Positions 35,229-45,195 of a stretch of DNA of 64,000 nt are shown here, in pieces. The notes beneath the pieces were generated by a model. That model was not told where the DNA came from, did no database searches, and was given only the letters and a program-made list of their open reading frames with translations. Position 1 is the stretch's first letter; the number at the start of each line of letters is the position of its first letter. Location of the stretch: assembly GCF_004963255.1 (NCBI RefSeq), contig NZ_SUGA01000032.1:286-64285 (forward strand). Direction: 5' to 3'. This DNA is from Mesorhizobium sp. (lineage in GTDB: Bacteria > Pseudomonadota > Alphaproteobacteria > Rhizobiales > Rhizobiaceae). A program made the position numbers and the translations under genes.

Positions 35229-35642
35229 TCAGCCCCTGGAATCCAGATGGTCGAGGATGGCAAGGCCGGTTTCGTATTTCTCAGGCGCTGCGCCCGCCTG
35301 GTGCGCCTGCCAGAGATTGTCGCGCAGATCGGCTATCTTCACGGCCAATGCCAGCTCGTTCGAGGCGGCGCGGCAAAGGAAGCCCTCCTCGCTCTCGTCC
35401 ATGCGCCGCGTCAGCGCATCGACCGCGGCCACCACCGACTGGCCGAACCCTGCGCCCTGCAGCCTCTCCAGGGTCCAGCCGTCGCCTTTCTCGACAATGT
35501 CGTGCAGATAGGCGACGGTCTTTTCGTCCAGCGTCTCGACGGCATCGGCAACGCGCCTCAGATGTTCGATATAGGGCCGGCCGGTCTTGTCCTTCTGGTC
35601 GCGATGAGCCTGCTCGGCTATCTTTGCTGCCTCGTGAAGCAT
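35229..35642 (-). CDS. Stand-alone HD-domain hydrolase (RelA/SpoT hydrolase-like)
   Basis: AEQAHRDQKDKTGRPYIEHL, AYLHDIVE and VKIADLRDN motifs. Confidence 0.8.
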   Translation of the reverse strand: MLHEAAKIAEQAHRDQKDKTGRPYIEHLRRVADAVETLDEKTVAYLHDIVEKGDGWTLERLQGAGFGQSVVAAVDALTRRMDESEEGFLCRAASNELALAVKIADLRDNLWQAHQAGAAPEKYETGLAILDHLDSRG

Positions 35643-35826
35643 GTTTGTTCCAATCTCGTCACAATAGAGCCCGCCCCGGCGAGGGACGGCCGAGGCGGGC
35701 TTGCTTGGGTCTGGGCCCGTTAGGTGGCGCGCCTTTCGCGGGGGGAGCGGGGCTGCGCGCCATCCTGCCTTGCAGAACAGCGGCGCTGCGCGAATGTTCC
35801 CGCCCGGAGAAAAAGACTTGTCCGCA

Positions 35827-35851
35827 GGAACCTCGCGACCGCGCTGCCGTT
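35827..35851 (+). promoter_or_regulatory. EcfG-type promoter motif
   Basis: Exact GGAAC-N16-CGTT upstream of csbD. Confidence 0.8.
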
Positions 35852-35882
35852 AGCCCTGCGTGTCCAACAGGAGGTCCGGCAA

Positions 35883-36086
35883 ATGGATTGGAACCGCGTC
35901 GAAGGCAATTGGAAGCAGGTGAAGGGCAAGGTCAAGGAACAGTGGGGCAAGCTCACCGACGACGACCTCGACCGCATCGCGGACAAACGCGACCAGCTCG
36001 AAGGCAAGATCCAGGAACGCTACGGCATCGAGAAGGATCGCGTGCGCCGCGACATCGACGACTGGTACAGCCGCCAAGGCTGGTGA
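35883..36086 (+). CDS. csbD: CsbD family general stress protein
   Basis: MDWNRVEGNWKQVKGKVKEQWGKLTDDDL; followed by a terminator hairpin at about 36105-36138. Confidence 0.95.
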   Translation: MDWNRVEGNWKQVKGKVKEQWGKLTDDDLDRIADKRDQLEGKIQERYGIEKDRVRRDIDDWYSRQGW

Positions 36087-36234
36087 CAACCGACGGCCCC
36101 AAGCAAAGGGCGCTGCCGGGCGGCAGCGCCCTTTTGGTGTTGGCGTCCGGCGCATCTTCCCATGCGGAGACCGGGACTGAAATTCGGCTTGTCCGTACTC
36201 GCGCTGGAACCTTCATTCGCGGTCCGCATTTGTT

Positions 36235-36432
36235 GTGGCCATGGATATTTTCGACGCAAATTCTCTGGTCATCGAACAGGCAAAGGCCCTGCGCGCCGAA
36301 AACAGCCGCTTGCGGCAGCTGGCCCGGGCGTATGTGGAGCAATCCAGGACCCTCGCCCGGCAATCGGCAGCGGCTCGGAACCAGCCACGTCTGGCATTGC
36401 CGATGATAGGCGACTTGACGGAGATCGAATGA
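36235..36432 (+). CDS. Small coiled-coil hypothetical protein
   Basis: 65 aa; GGAAC-N16-CATT upstream. Confidence 0.4.
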   Translation: MAMDIFDANSLVIEQAKALRAENSRLRQLARAYVEQSRTLARQSAAARNQPRLALPMIGDLTEIE

Positions 36433-37061
36433 GCCCTAGATAGCTCAGATCGCTGGTACCCCCCCCACTGGACACCATTAGCGGCTGAGAGACGACGAAC
36501 GCGCTCCCGTCTGAATACGGGAGAGCGCTATGCGCCAAACCAGAACCCCGCCGCCGCGGGCACGCGAAACCTTCCAGGATCAACTGATCCAAAGCAGCAA
36601 AGACGCGATCGAGCGCTCCCGAGACTTGCTGCGCCGCACCGAGCGTCTGGTGCGCCCAGGACTGCCTATTGTCTCGGCACAGCCCTCCGACGAAACCCCT
36701 AATCCCTAGAGCAATTGCAGGTACATCTGGGCGGCTTTCCGCCCGGAATTGGTTAAACCAACGGGATTGGAAGATTTCACCGTTCTCGTGAAACGGTGAA
36801 ATGCTCCGGCCGCACGACTGCTTCGAGTGCGGCCAAACCATGTCGCTGTTGCCTGCAGGCGCGAACAGCGACATGGCGCGATCGGCTCCAGGCCATCGGA
36901 CCGGTCATGCTTTCCGGCATTTCGCGGGGAAAAAGCGCCGATCTATCAAATGTTAGCGCGCTCTGTTCAACAACCCCATACCTCGTCAAACGCGCCTGTT
37001 TTTGAATCACTTGTGACATCCCCTGTGACCGGGCCGCTCGGCCTGCTCATGGAAGACATGA

Positions 37062-37781
37062 ATGCTTGAATCGCTTTTCCTGAACCTCGGCCAGCACGAC
37101 AGCCTCTCGGACGAGGAAAAATCCCTGCTCGGCGATTTGATGGCCGGCGAGCGCAGCTTCACCGCGGGGCAGGATATCGTCGCTTCGGGATCGCGGCCGG
37201 TCTACAGCACGCTTATCCTGGACGGCCTCGCGGCCCGCTACAAGGTGCTTGCCGATGGCGGCCGACAGTTCTCCTCGCTGCAGGTTCCAGGCGATTTCGT
37301 CGATCTCTACGCCTTCCTGCTGAAGACCATGGACCACGGCGTCATCGCGCTGTCACCCTGCCGCGTCATCCTGGCCGACCATTCCAAGCTGCGCAGCATC
37401 ACCGAGCGGGCGCCGCACCTGACGCGGCTTCTGTGGCTTGACACGCTGATCGACGGCGCCATCCATCGCGAGTGGATCGTCGCCATGGGACGGCGCTCGA
37501 AGGTCTCGCATCTGGCGCATCTGTTCTGCGAGCTGTTCGTCAGGCTCGAGGTGGTGAAACGGACCAGCGGCATGAGCTTCCATTTGCCCGTTTCGCAAGC
37601 CGAGCTCGCCGATGTGCTCGGCCTGTCGGTGGTGCATATGAACCGCGTCATCAGCGCGTTGCGCAACAGCGGCGTGATCGCCTGGGCGAACCATACGGTT
37701 ACGATCCTCGACTGGCGGAAGCTGCAGCAGATCGCCGAGTTCGACCCGACCTATCTCTCGATGACCCGCGAGCCGCGCTAA
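37062..37781 (+). CDS. Crp/Fnr family regulator
   Basis: cNMP-binding domain plus HTH (LPVSQAELADVLGLSVVHMNR); paralog of 47097-47816. Confidence 0.9.
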   Translation: MLESLFLNLGQHDSLSDEEKSLLGDLMAGERSFTAGQDIVASGSRPVYSTLILDGLAARYKVLADGGRQFSSLQVPGDFVDLYAFLLKTMDHGVIALSPCRVILADHSKLRSITERAPHLTRLLWLDTLIDGAIHREWIVAMGRRSKVSHLAHLFCELFVRLEVVKRTSGMSFHLPVSQAELADVLGLSVVHMNRVISALRNSGVIAWANHTVTILDWRKLQQIAEFDPTYLSMTREPR

Positions 37782-37823
37782 CGCCCCTTCCCCAACCCGC
37801 TGCGCTTTTCTGGCCGACAGCCA

Positions 37824-38066
37824 TCAGTCGCCGCGTCGTTTGCGGTGCGAAGACTCCTGATTCTCGCCGCGCAGCATCTGCCTGTTGTCGGGATCGATCA
37901 GATCGCGCTCTCCGGGCTTCAAGGCGCTGCCCTTCGCGCGGGCGGCCCGCTCCTGGCTCGGCCGCTTCAGCTCTTCCCTGGCGTTGAAATCCTTGCCGGC
38001 GTTCCTGGTGTTGACGCGCTCCTCGATGATGCGTTGCTGCTGGTCGTGCGTTGTCTTGCCTGCCAT
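37824..38066 (-). CDS. Small hydrophilic stress-type protein
   Basis: GGAGAG RBS; GGAAC-N16-GGTT at 38196-38220 on the minus strand. Confidence 0.65.
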   Translation of the reverse strand: MAGKTTHDQQQRIIEERVNTRNAGKDFNAREELKRPSQERAARAKGSALKPGERDLIDPDNRQMLRGENQESSHRKRRGD

Positions 38067-38642
38067 GACGGTCTCTCCTGTGTTGAAACCAATCTGTCAA
38101 AATGGAGAAGCCCGCCCGGAGGGGAGCGGGCGGGCTTCTATCGGGAGGATTGGAACCCCGATGGCGGCGGGCTTCGGGGATGCCGCCGCGGACCAAACCG
38201 GCGAGCGGCTTTTATGTTCCGGCAGGAAGGGACGCTGGCTGAGTTTAACTGAGCCTAGCGCGCTACAGCCCGCTCACGGGCTACCGCCAGCGGCGATGAC
38301 AAATCACGATTGCGCAGCGGAACAAGTCCAGGCGCTTGCGGTTTCGCAGTGATCAGGACTGCGTGAAAATGGCCCAGGATCGACGTCACAACGAAGCTCT
38401 CGCCAAGTTGCTGAGACAGCAGTTTTCCAGCGAGTTTTTGAGACGGCACTTGCGCGCGTGGCCACTTTCCGGGTTGACCGTCAGCTTCCCGAGCGCCTTC
38501 GAGCCCTGCTTGAAAGGCTGGGGCGAAGGAACGGTCGAAATCACAAAGGAGATGACAACCGCTGAGTGGCCAAGTTCGGGCAATCAGGAGAGGCGCCGTT
38601 AAGACTTCGGTCCGGACCGCGCGGGACCGTGGGCCCACACCG

Positions 38643-38667
38643 GGAACGGAAGCCACTTGCTCCCGTT
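38643..38667 (+). promoter_or_regulatory. EcfG-type promoter motif
   Basis: Exact GGAAC-N16-CGTT upstream of the 24-aa ORF. Confidence 0.75.
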
Positions 38668-38722
38668 GGTCGAAGGCGAAAGCTGCACAGGCAGCGCCTC
38701 ATCAAGAATTGAGAGAGAAGAC

Positions 38723-38797
38723 ATGAACAACATCATCTGGCTCGTAGGAGCAATCGTCATCGTCCTTGCCATCCTTGGATTCCTCGGCATCCGGTGA
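38723..38797 (+). CDS. 24-aa single-TM microprotein MNNIIWLVGAIVIVLAILGFLGIR (not in ORF track)
   Basis: GAGAGAAG RBS, one hydrophobic helix, EcfG-type promoter 56 nt upstream. Confidence 0.75.
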   Translation: MNNIIWLVGAIVIVLAILGFLGIR

Positions 38798-38813
38798 CGC
38801 TGGCGGGCGGCAC

Positions 38814-39011
38814 TTAATTCAGAAGCCGCTCCCGGTGGGCAACGTGCAGCGCCTGCGTGACTTCGAACAGATCAAGCAGCTCCAACGCCTGCTCGGCTGG
38901 AGCGCCCAGCTCGATGAGGCGATCGATGATCTCTCGCTGGCGAGAGATATGACGCGCTCCCGTGCGGATATGACGATTGAGCATTTGAAGCTCGGTTTCG
39001 GGGCTAACCAT
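38814..39011 (-). CDS. Small hypothetical protein
   Basis: ETELQMLNRHIRTGARHISRQREII...; 65 aa. Confidence 0.55.
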   Translation of the reverse strand: MVSPETELQMLNRHIRTGARHISRQREIIDRLIELGAPAEQALELLDLFEVTQALHVAHRERLLN

Positions 39012-39173
39012 CTGGTTCCAACGCGAGGGTAAGGATCGCCAACATAGTATTGTACGCCTGCGATCGCGCCGGCTTTGATCTTCATCAATTTCCCGAGGGG
39101 CCTGGTTGTCATGGCGCGCCTCGACTCCTCTCTGCCACGGGGATATGATTCCAAAGCTCGGAGGCCGAGCCTG

Positions 39174-39509
39174 ATGGACCGCTTTATCGCCAGAGAGAAC
39201 ATCAAGCACTTCGTGGACCGCCTTCAAACGGAGACGGACGAGGGCACCAGAGCGACGGTTCAAAGATTGCTGATTGCTGAAGAGGACAAATTCGCGAAAC
39301 TGTCCGAACGGCTGGACATGGTGGACCAGAACATCCTCAGGATCGCCGAACTTGCAGTGCTACAGCGGGCAAAGGTCAACGACATGCGCCCTGATGGCGA
39401 CGGCGCGGCATTGGCCCACCGTCACCTCGAAAACCTCGAGCAATTACACGAACTCTTTGTCGAGAGCCGGCAGCTCGTGGTCAGCATGATGGATAGGTCC
39501 AGCCTGTAA
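39174..39509 (+). CDS. Hypothetical protein
   Basis: GGAGG RBS; MDRFIARENIKHF...LLIAEEDK. Confidence 0.65.
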   Translation: MDRFIARENIKHFVDRLQTETDEGTRATVQRLLIAEEDKFAKLSERLDMVDQNILRIAELAVLQRAKVNDMRPDGDGAALAHRHLENLEQLHELFVESRQLVVSMMDRSSL

Positions 39510-39598
39510 ATCGGCAGCCGGTGAGCCGTGTTGCCCGGCGCCGCGAACAACAAAAACGGCGGCCGAAAGAGCCGCCGTTCCTCGTCTGTCGACCCGCC

Positions 39599-39892
39599 TC
39601 AGTTTGCGCCGCCGAGTTCCTTGGTCATCTTGCAGAAATTGTCATGCTGCTTGGCGATGGTCTCGTCGCCGCAATCCTTCTTGATCGAGGCGCGGTCTTC
39701 CTCGGTCATGGCCAGCCATGCCTTCTTGAACTCATCGCCGGATCTCATCGTCTTCATCCCCGCATCGGTGAAGAAAGGCGACATTTTTTGCGGGTCATCC
39801 AAGGCCGACGTGCCTTTGGCGCTGCTGGCCATCGCCGCGCTGGTCGCGAGCGAAAGCGCGAGTGCGCTCATGCAAAGAATCTTGGTATGCAT
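39599..39892 (-). CDS. Small secreted protein with two Cys
   Basis: Signal peptide, GGGAG RBS, terminator hairpin at about 39552-39580. Confidence 0.7.
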   Translation of the reverse strand: MHTKILCMSALALSLATSAAMASSAKGTSALDDPQKMSPFFTDAGMKTMRSGDEFKKAWLAMTEEDRASIKKDCGDETIAKQHDNFCKMTKELGGAN

Positions 39893-40160
39893 TTTTCTTC
39901 TCCCTGCGTTCATTGGAAACAACTGCTTTTCAACAGCGCTTGTGCAGGCAAAAAGTTCCAGGCGGAAACAAAGAATGCAGCAGCGTGAATTGCCGCCCCG
40001 AGGACGGTCGGTCTGCCGGCTTCGGTCGGCTCGTTTGTTCGGGCGGCGGTCAACAACAAATGAGAGTTTCCTGGGCGCTTTCACTGGAAAATTCTGTTGG
40101 GAACAAGTTCGAAAAAACTGTGTTGGGGTTGGTTATCCACCCCACTCAGGAGATGCAGAC

Positions 40161-40673
40161 ATGCCGACAACGAAAGCGGCCTCGAACAAGGGCCTCAACG
40201 AACTTTTCCACGACACGCTGAAGGACATCTATTTCGCCGAGAAGAAGATTCTGACGACGCTGCCCAAGATGGCCAAGGCAGCGCAGGACGACGCGCTGAG
40301 GGCCGCCTTCGAAAAGCACCGCGACCAGACCCAAGAACATGTCGCGCGTCTCGAGGAAGTATTCGAGGTGATCGACAAGAAGCCGGTGGGCAAGACCTGC
40401 CAGGCGATCATGGGCATCACCGAGGAAGGCGCCGAGATCATGGAAGAGTACAAAGGCTCGCCCTCACTCGACGCAGGCCTGCTGGCCGCGGCGCAGGCCG
40501 TCGAGCACTATGAGATTTCGCGCTACGGCACGCTCAGGACCTGGGCGCAGGAACTCGGCCTGACCGAGGCCGTCACCTTGCTCGACAAGACGCTGAACGA
40601 AGAGAAGGAAACGGACGTCGCGCTCACCAAGCTCGCCGAGTCTGCGGTCAACGTCGCGGCGGAAGCAGCCTGA
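40161..40673 (+). CDS. yciF: YciF/DUF892 ferritin-like stress protein
   Basis: LKDIYFAEK and AAQAVEHYEISRYGTL motifs; GGAAC-N16-TGTT at 40100-40124. Confidence 0.9.
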   Translation: MPTTKAASNKGLNELFHDTLKDIYFAEKKILTTLPKMAKAAQDDALRAAFEKHRDQTQEHVARLEEVFEVIDKKPVGKTCQAIMGITEEGAEIMEEYKGSPSLDAGLLAAAQAVEHYEISRYGTLRTWAQELGLTEAVTLLDKTLNEEKETDVALTKLAESAVNVAAEAA

Positions 40674-40782
40674 GTTTAGAGCAATCTGCGACATGGTCCG
40701 GGAGGCAGCCTGCGTGCCTGCCTTCCCGAGCCCGCGCCATGGAACTTCAGCGTCGGCCGGGAGTTGCCATGGGGCGGAAACT

Positions 40783-40998
40783 ATGGCGATGACAAAAGCG
40801 TCGCTCCACCTGCTGAAGGGCATAGGTTATCTGATCTCGACGGTCAGCGTGATATTGCTCGCCATCGTGAGCTGGTCGAGCGCATCGCAAAGCCCGTTGC
40901 TGGTTGCCTGCGTGCTCGGTGGCGCCGCGACCTCGATCGCCGGCATGTTCTGCCGCTGGCTATCCTACCAAATCGAGAAGCGCGAGGAGGAGCGGTAA
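40783..40998 (+). CDS. Small two-TM protein
   Basis: Two hydrophobic helices; GGAAC-N16-AGTT at 40741-40765. Confidence 0.65.
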   Translation: MAMTKASLHLLKGIGYLISTVSVILLAIVSWSSASQSPLLVACVLGGAATSIAGMFCRWLSYQIEKREEER

Positions 40999-41092
40999 GC
41001 TCGCCTCCAATAAGGCTGAGAGCGTTTTCACCGGTTCATCGGCTAAACACGCTATCTCTTTGATCTTACGCACTTCCGTCGCAACGTTCGGC

Positions 41093-42088
41093 CTATTGCC
41101 TGGTGCCAGTTTTCGACATCAGCGCGGTGATCAGGCAGGCGATGACAATCCATACGGCAACTTCGATGCCGGAGGCGCCGCGGGCCGGCGGCGGGGCGGT
41201 GGCGGCCGCTGGCGGATCGGCGGCCACCACGGGCGCGAGGTCCGAACGGCTGCCGCGGCGCACCGAATAGGCGCGCGTGATCTCGGCGCCGAAGAGGAAT
41301 ATCTGCGCCGAATAGTAGACCCAGACCAGCACCACCATCAGGGCTCCGGCCGCGCCATAGGAGGTGGCGATGGCGCTGGTGCCGATGTACCAGCCGATGA
41401 GCGACTTCCCGACGGTGAAGAGGAGCGCGGTGACCAGCGCGCCGACGCCCACATCGCGCCATTTGAGCTCCCGGTCGGGCAGGACCTTGTAGATCGCGGC
41501 AAAGAGCAACGCGATCAGCGCGAAGGAAACGATCGTGTTGATGGCGCTGACGATCAGCTCTCCGAAGGGTAGGCTCCGGTTGATGATCTCGCCCAGCGCC
41601 GCGATCGCCGTGCTGGCCGCGAGCGAGACCAGGAGCAGGAAGCCGAGCGCAGCCACGAGGCCGAGGCTCGCCGCCCTCGCCCTAACAAGGCGCGACAGCG
41701 ACGCCCCGTTGGGCTTCACCTTCCAGATTTCGTTGAGCGACTGCTGCATCTCGCCGAAGACGCCGGAGGCCGTGACCAAGAGCGTCACCACTCCGATCAG
41801 CGTGGCAAGCGCGCTCGACCAGCCATGCGAAGCGGTCTCCAGCGTGGCCTTCAGCAGGTCGGCGCTCTGTGGCCCCATCACGCCCGATATCTCGGCCGAC
41901 AGCGCCAGCTGGGCGGCATCGTTGCCGATGACGAAACCGGCGATCGCGACGACGATCAACAGGATCGGCGCCAGCGACGTGGTGGCGTAGAAGGCCATCG
42001 CCGCGCCATGGCTCAGCGCATTGTCATCGATGTAGCCGCTGACGCTTTCCTTCAGTATTATCCAGCCTTCGTCGACCCAGCGCGGCAT
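41093..42088 (-). CDS. YihY/BrkB family membrane protein
   Basis: GAAMAFYATTSLAP and YGAAGALMVVLVWVYYSAQIFLFGAE motifs. Confidence 0.9.
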   Translation of the reverse strand: MPRWVDEGWIILKESVSGYIDDNALSHGAAMAFYATTSLAPILLIVVAIAGFVIGNDAAQLALSAEISGVMGPQSADLLKATLETASHGWSSALATLIGVVTLLVTASGVFGEMQQSLNEIWKVKPNGASLSRLVRARAASLGLVAALGFLLLVSLAASTAIAALGEIINRSLPFGELIVSAINTIVSFALIALLFAAIYKVLPDRELKWRDVGVGALVTALLFTVGKSLIGWYIGTSAIATSYGAAGALMVVLVWVYYSAQIFLFGAEITRAYSVRRGSRSDLAPVVAADPPAAATAPPPARGASGIEVAVWIVIACLITALMSKTGTRQ

Positions 42089-42464
42089 CGCCCCCTCACC
42101 TGTCTTGGACACGGACCGGGCGCGGTTCGGCGGCGGCTTTGTCGGACTGCATGTTTCCTGCCATTGCTGACAAGACCTCCATTGAGCGGGCCGGGTGAGA
42201 CAAGAGCTCGACTGCCTTTTCGTTGGCCAGGGCGAGAAGCCGGAGAAACCAGCCCTGTTCTCTTTGCCACCAGGTCCGGCTGACGCGGCCCGCCAAACAC
42301 AACCCGACGCCGGCGCTATGGTTCCGGGACACCCGAAGGCCGCAGCTGAAGCAAGCGGCCGCGCCGATGCCATAAGGCTGCGTCGCGCGAGCTTCGCTTT
42401 GGAGAAGCGCGGTTGTATGATCGGCGGCGGGCTTATAGATTGTCGGGCTATCGGGTATTCGGAA

Positions 42465-43472
42465 ATGGATTTGGAAGACCTCTACCGGATTCTGCGAACC
42501 GGTCACGTGCAAGCTCAAGGCATTGTCGATACCGTCCCGGATCCGATGCTGGTGCTGGATTCGGCCCTGACGGTCCAGAGCGCCAACCGCGCCTTCTTCA
42601 GAACATTCGCGGTCGGACGTTACGACACGATCGGACAACACCTGTATGAGCTGGGCAATGGTCAATGGAATATTCCGGAGTTGCGGCATCTCCTGGGAGA
42701 AGTGATCCCGAAAAGCTCGGCAGTGATCGACTACAAAGTGGAGCATGATTTCCCGGACATCGGGAAGAAAGTCATGCTTCTTACAGCGCGCACCGTGTTC
42801 AATGCGGACAATGTCAGCCACCTCATGTTGCTGTCGATCGTCGACATTACGGAGAGAAGCCGGAAGGAAGCGGAGTTCGAAGCGGTCTTTGGAGAATTGC
42901 GGCACCGACTGAAGAACGTGCTCGGGCTGGTGCGGGCCCTAGCCAACCAAACCAAAGCGGAAGGCGTTTCGGGAGAGGAGTATCGCACGGCGTTCCTCGG
43001 CCGGCTGCAAGCCGTTGCGGATGCCAATGATCTGGCCTTGAGCGATCATGGTGAAGACAGTCTCGAAGCCCTGGTGGCGCGCGCAACGAAACCCTTCCAA
43101 ACCGCTCCGGAGACCATCATCATCGAGCCCGGCCCGTCAGTGACCTTGGCCTCGAAGGAGATGATGTCGCTCAGTCTTATGCTGCACGAACTGGCAACCA
43201 ACGCCGTCAAATATGGCGCTTTGTCAACTCCGGCTGGGACGGTTCGAATTCGATGGGAGGTCGAGCAAGGCGATCACCCCTTGCTGCGGCTCTCGTGGCG
43301 CGAGAGCGGCGGCCCGCCTGTACGCAAGCCCACCTCCACAGGATACGGAACCCAGCTCATTCAGTTCGCCATCGCCTACAATCTCGGTGGCAAGGTGGAA
43401 CAGAATTATCGAACCGAAGGTTTCGAAGCCGAGATTGTCGTCCCACTCGAAAGGGCCGCTCGCCCAGATTGA
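42465..43472 (+). CDS. PAS + HWE histidine kinase
   Basis: ELRHRLKN, HELATNAVKYGAL and WRESGGP...GYGT motifs. Confidence 0.9.
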   Translation: MDLEDLYRILRTGHVQAQGIVDTVPDPMLVLDSALTVQSANRAFFRTFAVGRYDTIGQHLYELGNGQWNIPELRHLLGEVIPKSSAVIDYKVEHDFPDIGKKVMLLTARTVFNADNVSHLMLLSIVDITERSRKEAEFEAVFGELRHRLKNVLGLVRALANQTKAEGVSGEEYRTAFLGRLQAVADANDLALSDHGEDSLEALVARATKPFQTAPETIIIEPGPSVTLASKEMMSLSLMLHELATNAVKYGALSTPAGTVRIRWEVEQGDHPLLRLSWRESGGPPVRKPTSTGYGTQLIQFAIAYNLGGKVEQNYRTEGFEAEIVVPLERAARPD

Positions 43473-43478
43473 TGGCCG

Positions 43479-43835
43479 GTGCAAAAGACCATCCTGATCG
43501 TCGAAGATGAATTCATCATCGCGATGGATCTTAAGGTGATGTTGGAGCGCCAGGGATGGCGGGTGCTGGGACCGGTCGCCAGAGTCGCACACGCGCTCCG
43601 CCTGCTGGAAGACGAACTGCCGACGGTCGCCTTGCTCGACGTGAATTTAGGCGACCGTCCCGTCACGCCGGTAGCCGAGGCCTTGCGCAGCCGTGGTGTG
43701 CCATTCGCGGTGGCGAGCGCCTATGACAAGCCGGAACTCTTTGGCGGGGCCGTACTGGCGGACGCACCCAATGTCGGGAAACCCACATCGGAGTGGAGCC
43801 TCCTGGAGGTTCTGGCGAAGCTCTCGCCGCCCTGA
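43479..43835 (+). CDS. Single-domain response regulator
   Basis: ILIVEDE, ALLDVNL and KP receiver motifs. Confidence 0.9.
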   Translation: MQKTILIVEDEFIIAMDLKVMLERQGWRVLGPVARVAHALRLLEDELPTVALLDVNLGDRPVTPVAEALRSRGVPFAVASAYDKPELFGGAVLADAPNVGKPTSEWSLLEVLAKLSPP

Positions 43836-43929
43836 CCTCGCGGCCCTCCGCTTCTCGCGTCGAAGCCTAGGCAAACCTACGGTGTTCGACTAGCCTCGAA
43901 GCCTGATCAGGGCCGCGTGGGGGCATGCG

Positions 43930-44521
43930 ATGAAGGTCAATGTCGTCTACGCGCATCCGGCGCAGGACAGCTACATGGCCTCGCTGCACAGGCGAGTCTT
44001 TGGGGGCCCTCAAGGCCAGGGGCGACGAGGTCGTCGATTTCGATCTCTACGCGATGAAATTCGATCCCGTCATGCAGGTCGAGGAATTGAAGGGGCACGC
44101 CGGTCCATCGCCAGCACCTGCGGAGCTGCGGGTCTATATCGACGCATTGCAATGGGCCGAGGCGTGCGTGTTCTGCTTCCCGACCTGGTGGTCGGGCATG
44201 CCTGCTGTGCTCAAGGGATATTTCGACCGCGTGTGGCGCCCGGGCGTCGCCTTCGACCTGCCGACGGATGGCGGCACGATCAAGCCGGCGCTTTTGAACA
44301 TCCGCCGTATGGGCGTCGTCACCACCTTCGGCTCGCCATGGTGGTACACCAGGCTCTACATGCAGGACCCGGGCAGGAAGGTGCTTTTGCGCGGCTTGAA
44401 ATCCATGTGCGGACGCACGGAGAAGCACCTCTATCTGGCGAGATACTCGGTGGAAAGCATCTCCAACGAGGAACGGGAAAAGTTCGCCCGCAAGGTGGAG
44501 CAGCGGTTCGAGCGATTTTGA
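43930..44521 (+). pseudogene. NAD(P)H dehydrogenase (flavodoxin-2) with a 1-nt frameshift
   Basis: MKVNVVYAHP start is in one frame; ALKARGDEVVDFDLY...FPTWWSGMPAVLKGYFDRVW in another. Shift at the tttggggg run near 44000. Confidence 0.8.
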
Positions 44522-44671
44522 TCGACTGCCGGACTTGCCCGCAGGCTCGCCAACCGCGGTTTGACCGATGGCCTGGGCCGGCCTCCCCTGCTGGCATTTA
44601 CCCGGAGTTTTGCAATGAGGGGCAATCGCGATATATTTAGTTGACTAAGTGATTCATGGCACGGTGAACCG

Positions 44672-44857
44672 ATGGCCAAGAAGAAAGACAGACAGGCTGA
44701 TTCGGGCATCGCGGAAGCGTCGCGCGCCGAAATCCTTGAGGCGACCTATTTTGCCCGCAAATGCGGCCTCACGCGCGACGAGGCCCTGCAGATGATCCGC
44801 GAGGCGCACGCCTCGCCGGTGCTCAAGCCGGCCGAGAGCGAGAAGCGCAAGCACTGA
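44672..44857 (+). CDS. Small hypothetical protein
   Basis: EATYFARKCGLTRDEALQMIRE; 61 aa. Confidence 0.6.
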   Translation: MAKKKDRQADSGIAEASRAEILEATYFARKCGLTRDEALQMIREAHASPVLKPAESEKRKH

Positions 44858-44879
44858 TCCTTATCAGTCAGGGCGGGCC

Positions 44880-45179
44880 TCACTGCCCAGTCTGCGGCGG
44901 CACCTCGCCCGGCTTGATCACCGGCATTTCGCTGCCGGTCGGCGGCGGGGTCGTCGCGTTCTTGTCGCCGGTCGGCGGCGGCTTCAGCACGCCGCCGCAA
45001 TTGCCGAGCTGTTTCGACAGCTCGTCCGTATCGGCCTCTTGCTTCTGTTTCTGCTGCTGGTCGTTGGCGTCCGGCTTGGCCTGGCAGTTCTGCGTCTGCT
45101 GATCCGGCTTGGCCGTCTGCGCCGCCGCCGGCAGCACCGGCATCAGCGCGATGGCCGCGATGAGAAGCGCTTTCTTCAT
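44880..45179 (-). CDS. Small secreted Pro/Gln-rich protein
   Basis: Signal peptide, GGAGGA RBS, LSKQLGNCGGVLKPP...MPVIKP motif. Confidence 0.75.
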   Translation of the reverse strand: MKKALLIAAIALMPVLPAAAQTAKPDQQTQNCQAKPDANDQQQKQKQEADTDELSKQLGNCGGVLKPPPTGDKNATTPPPTGSEMPVIKPGEVPPQTGQ

Positions 45180-45195
45180 GGGATCCTCCTGGTGG

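Noticed and set aside
36433-37060. Intergenic stretch with several short overlapping ORFs
   Set aside because: None shows a motif, RBS or coding-like composition.
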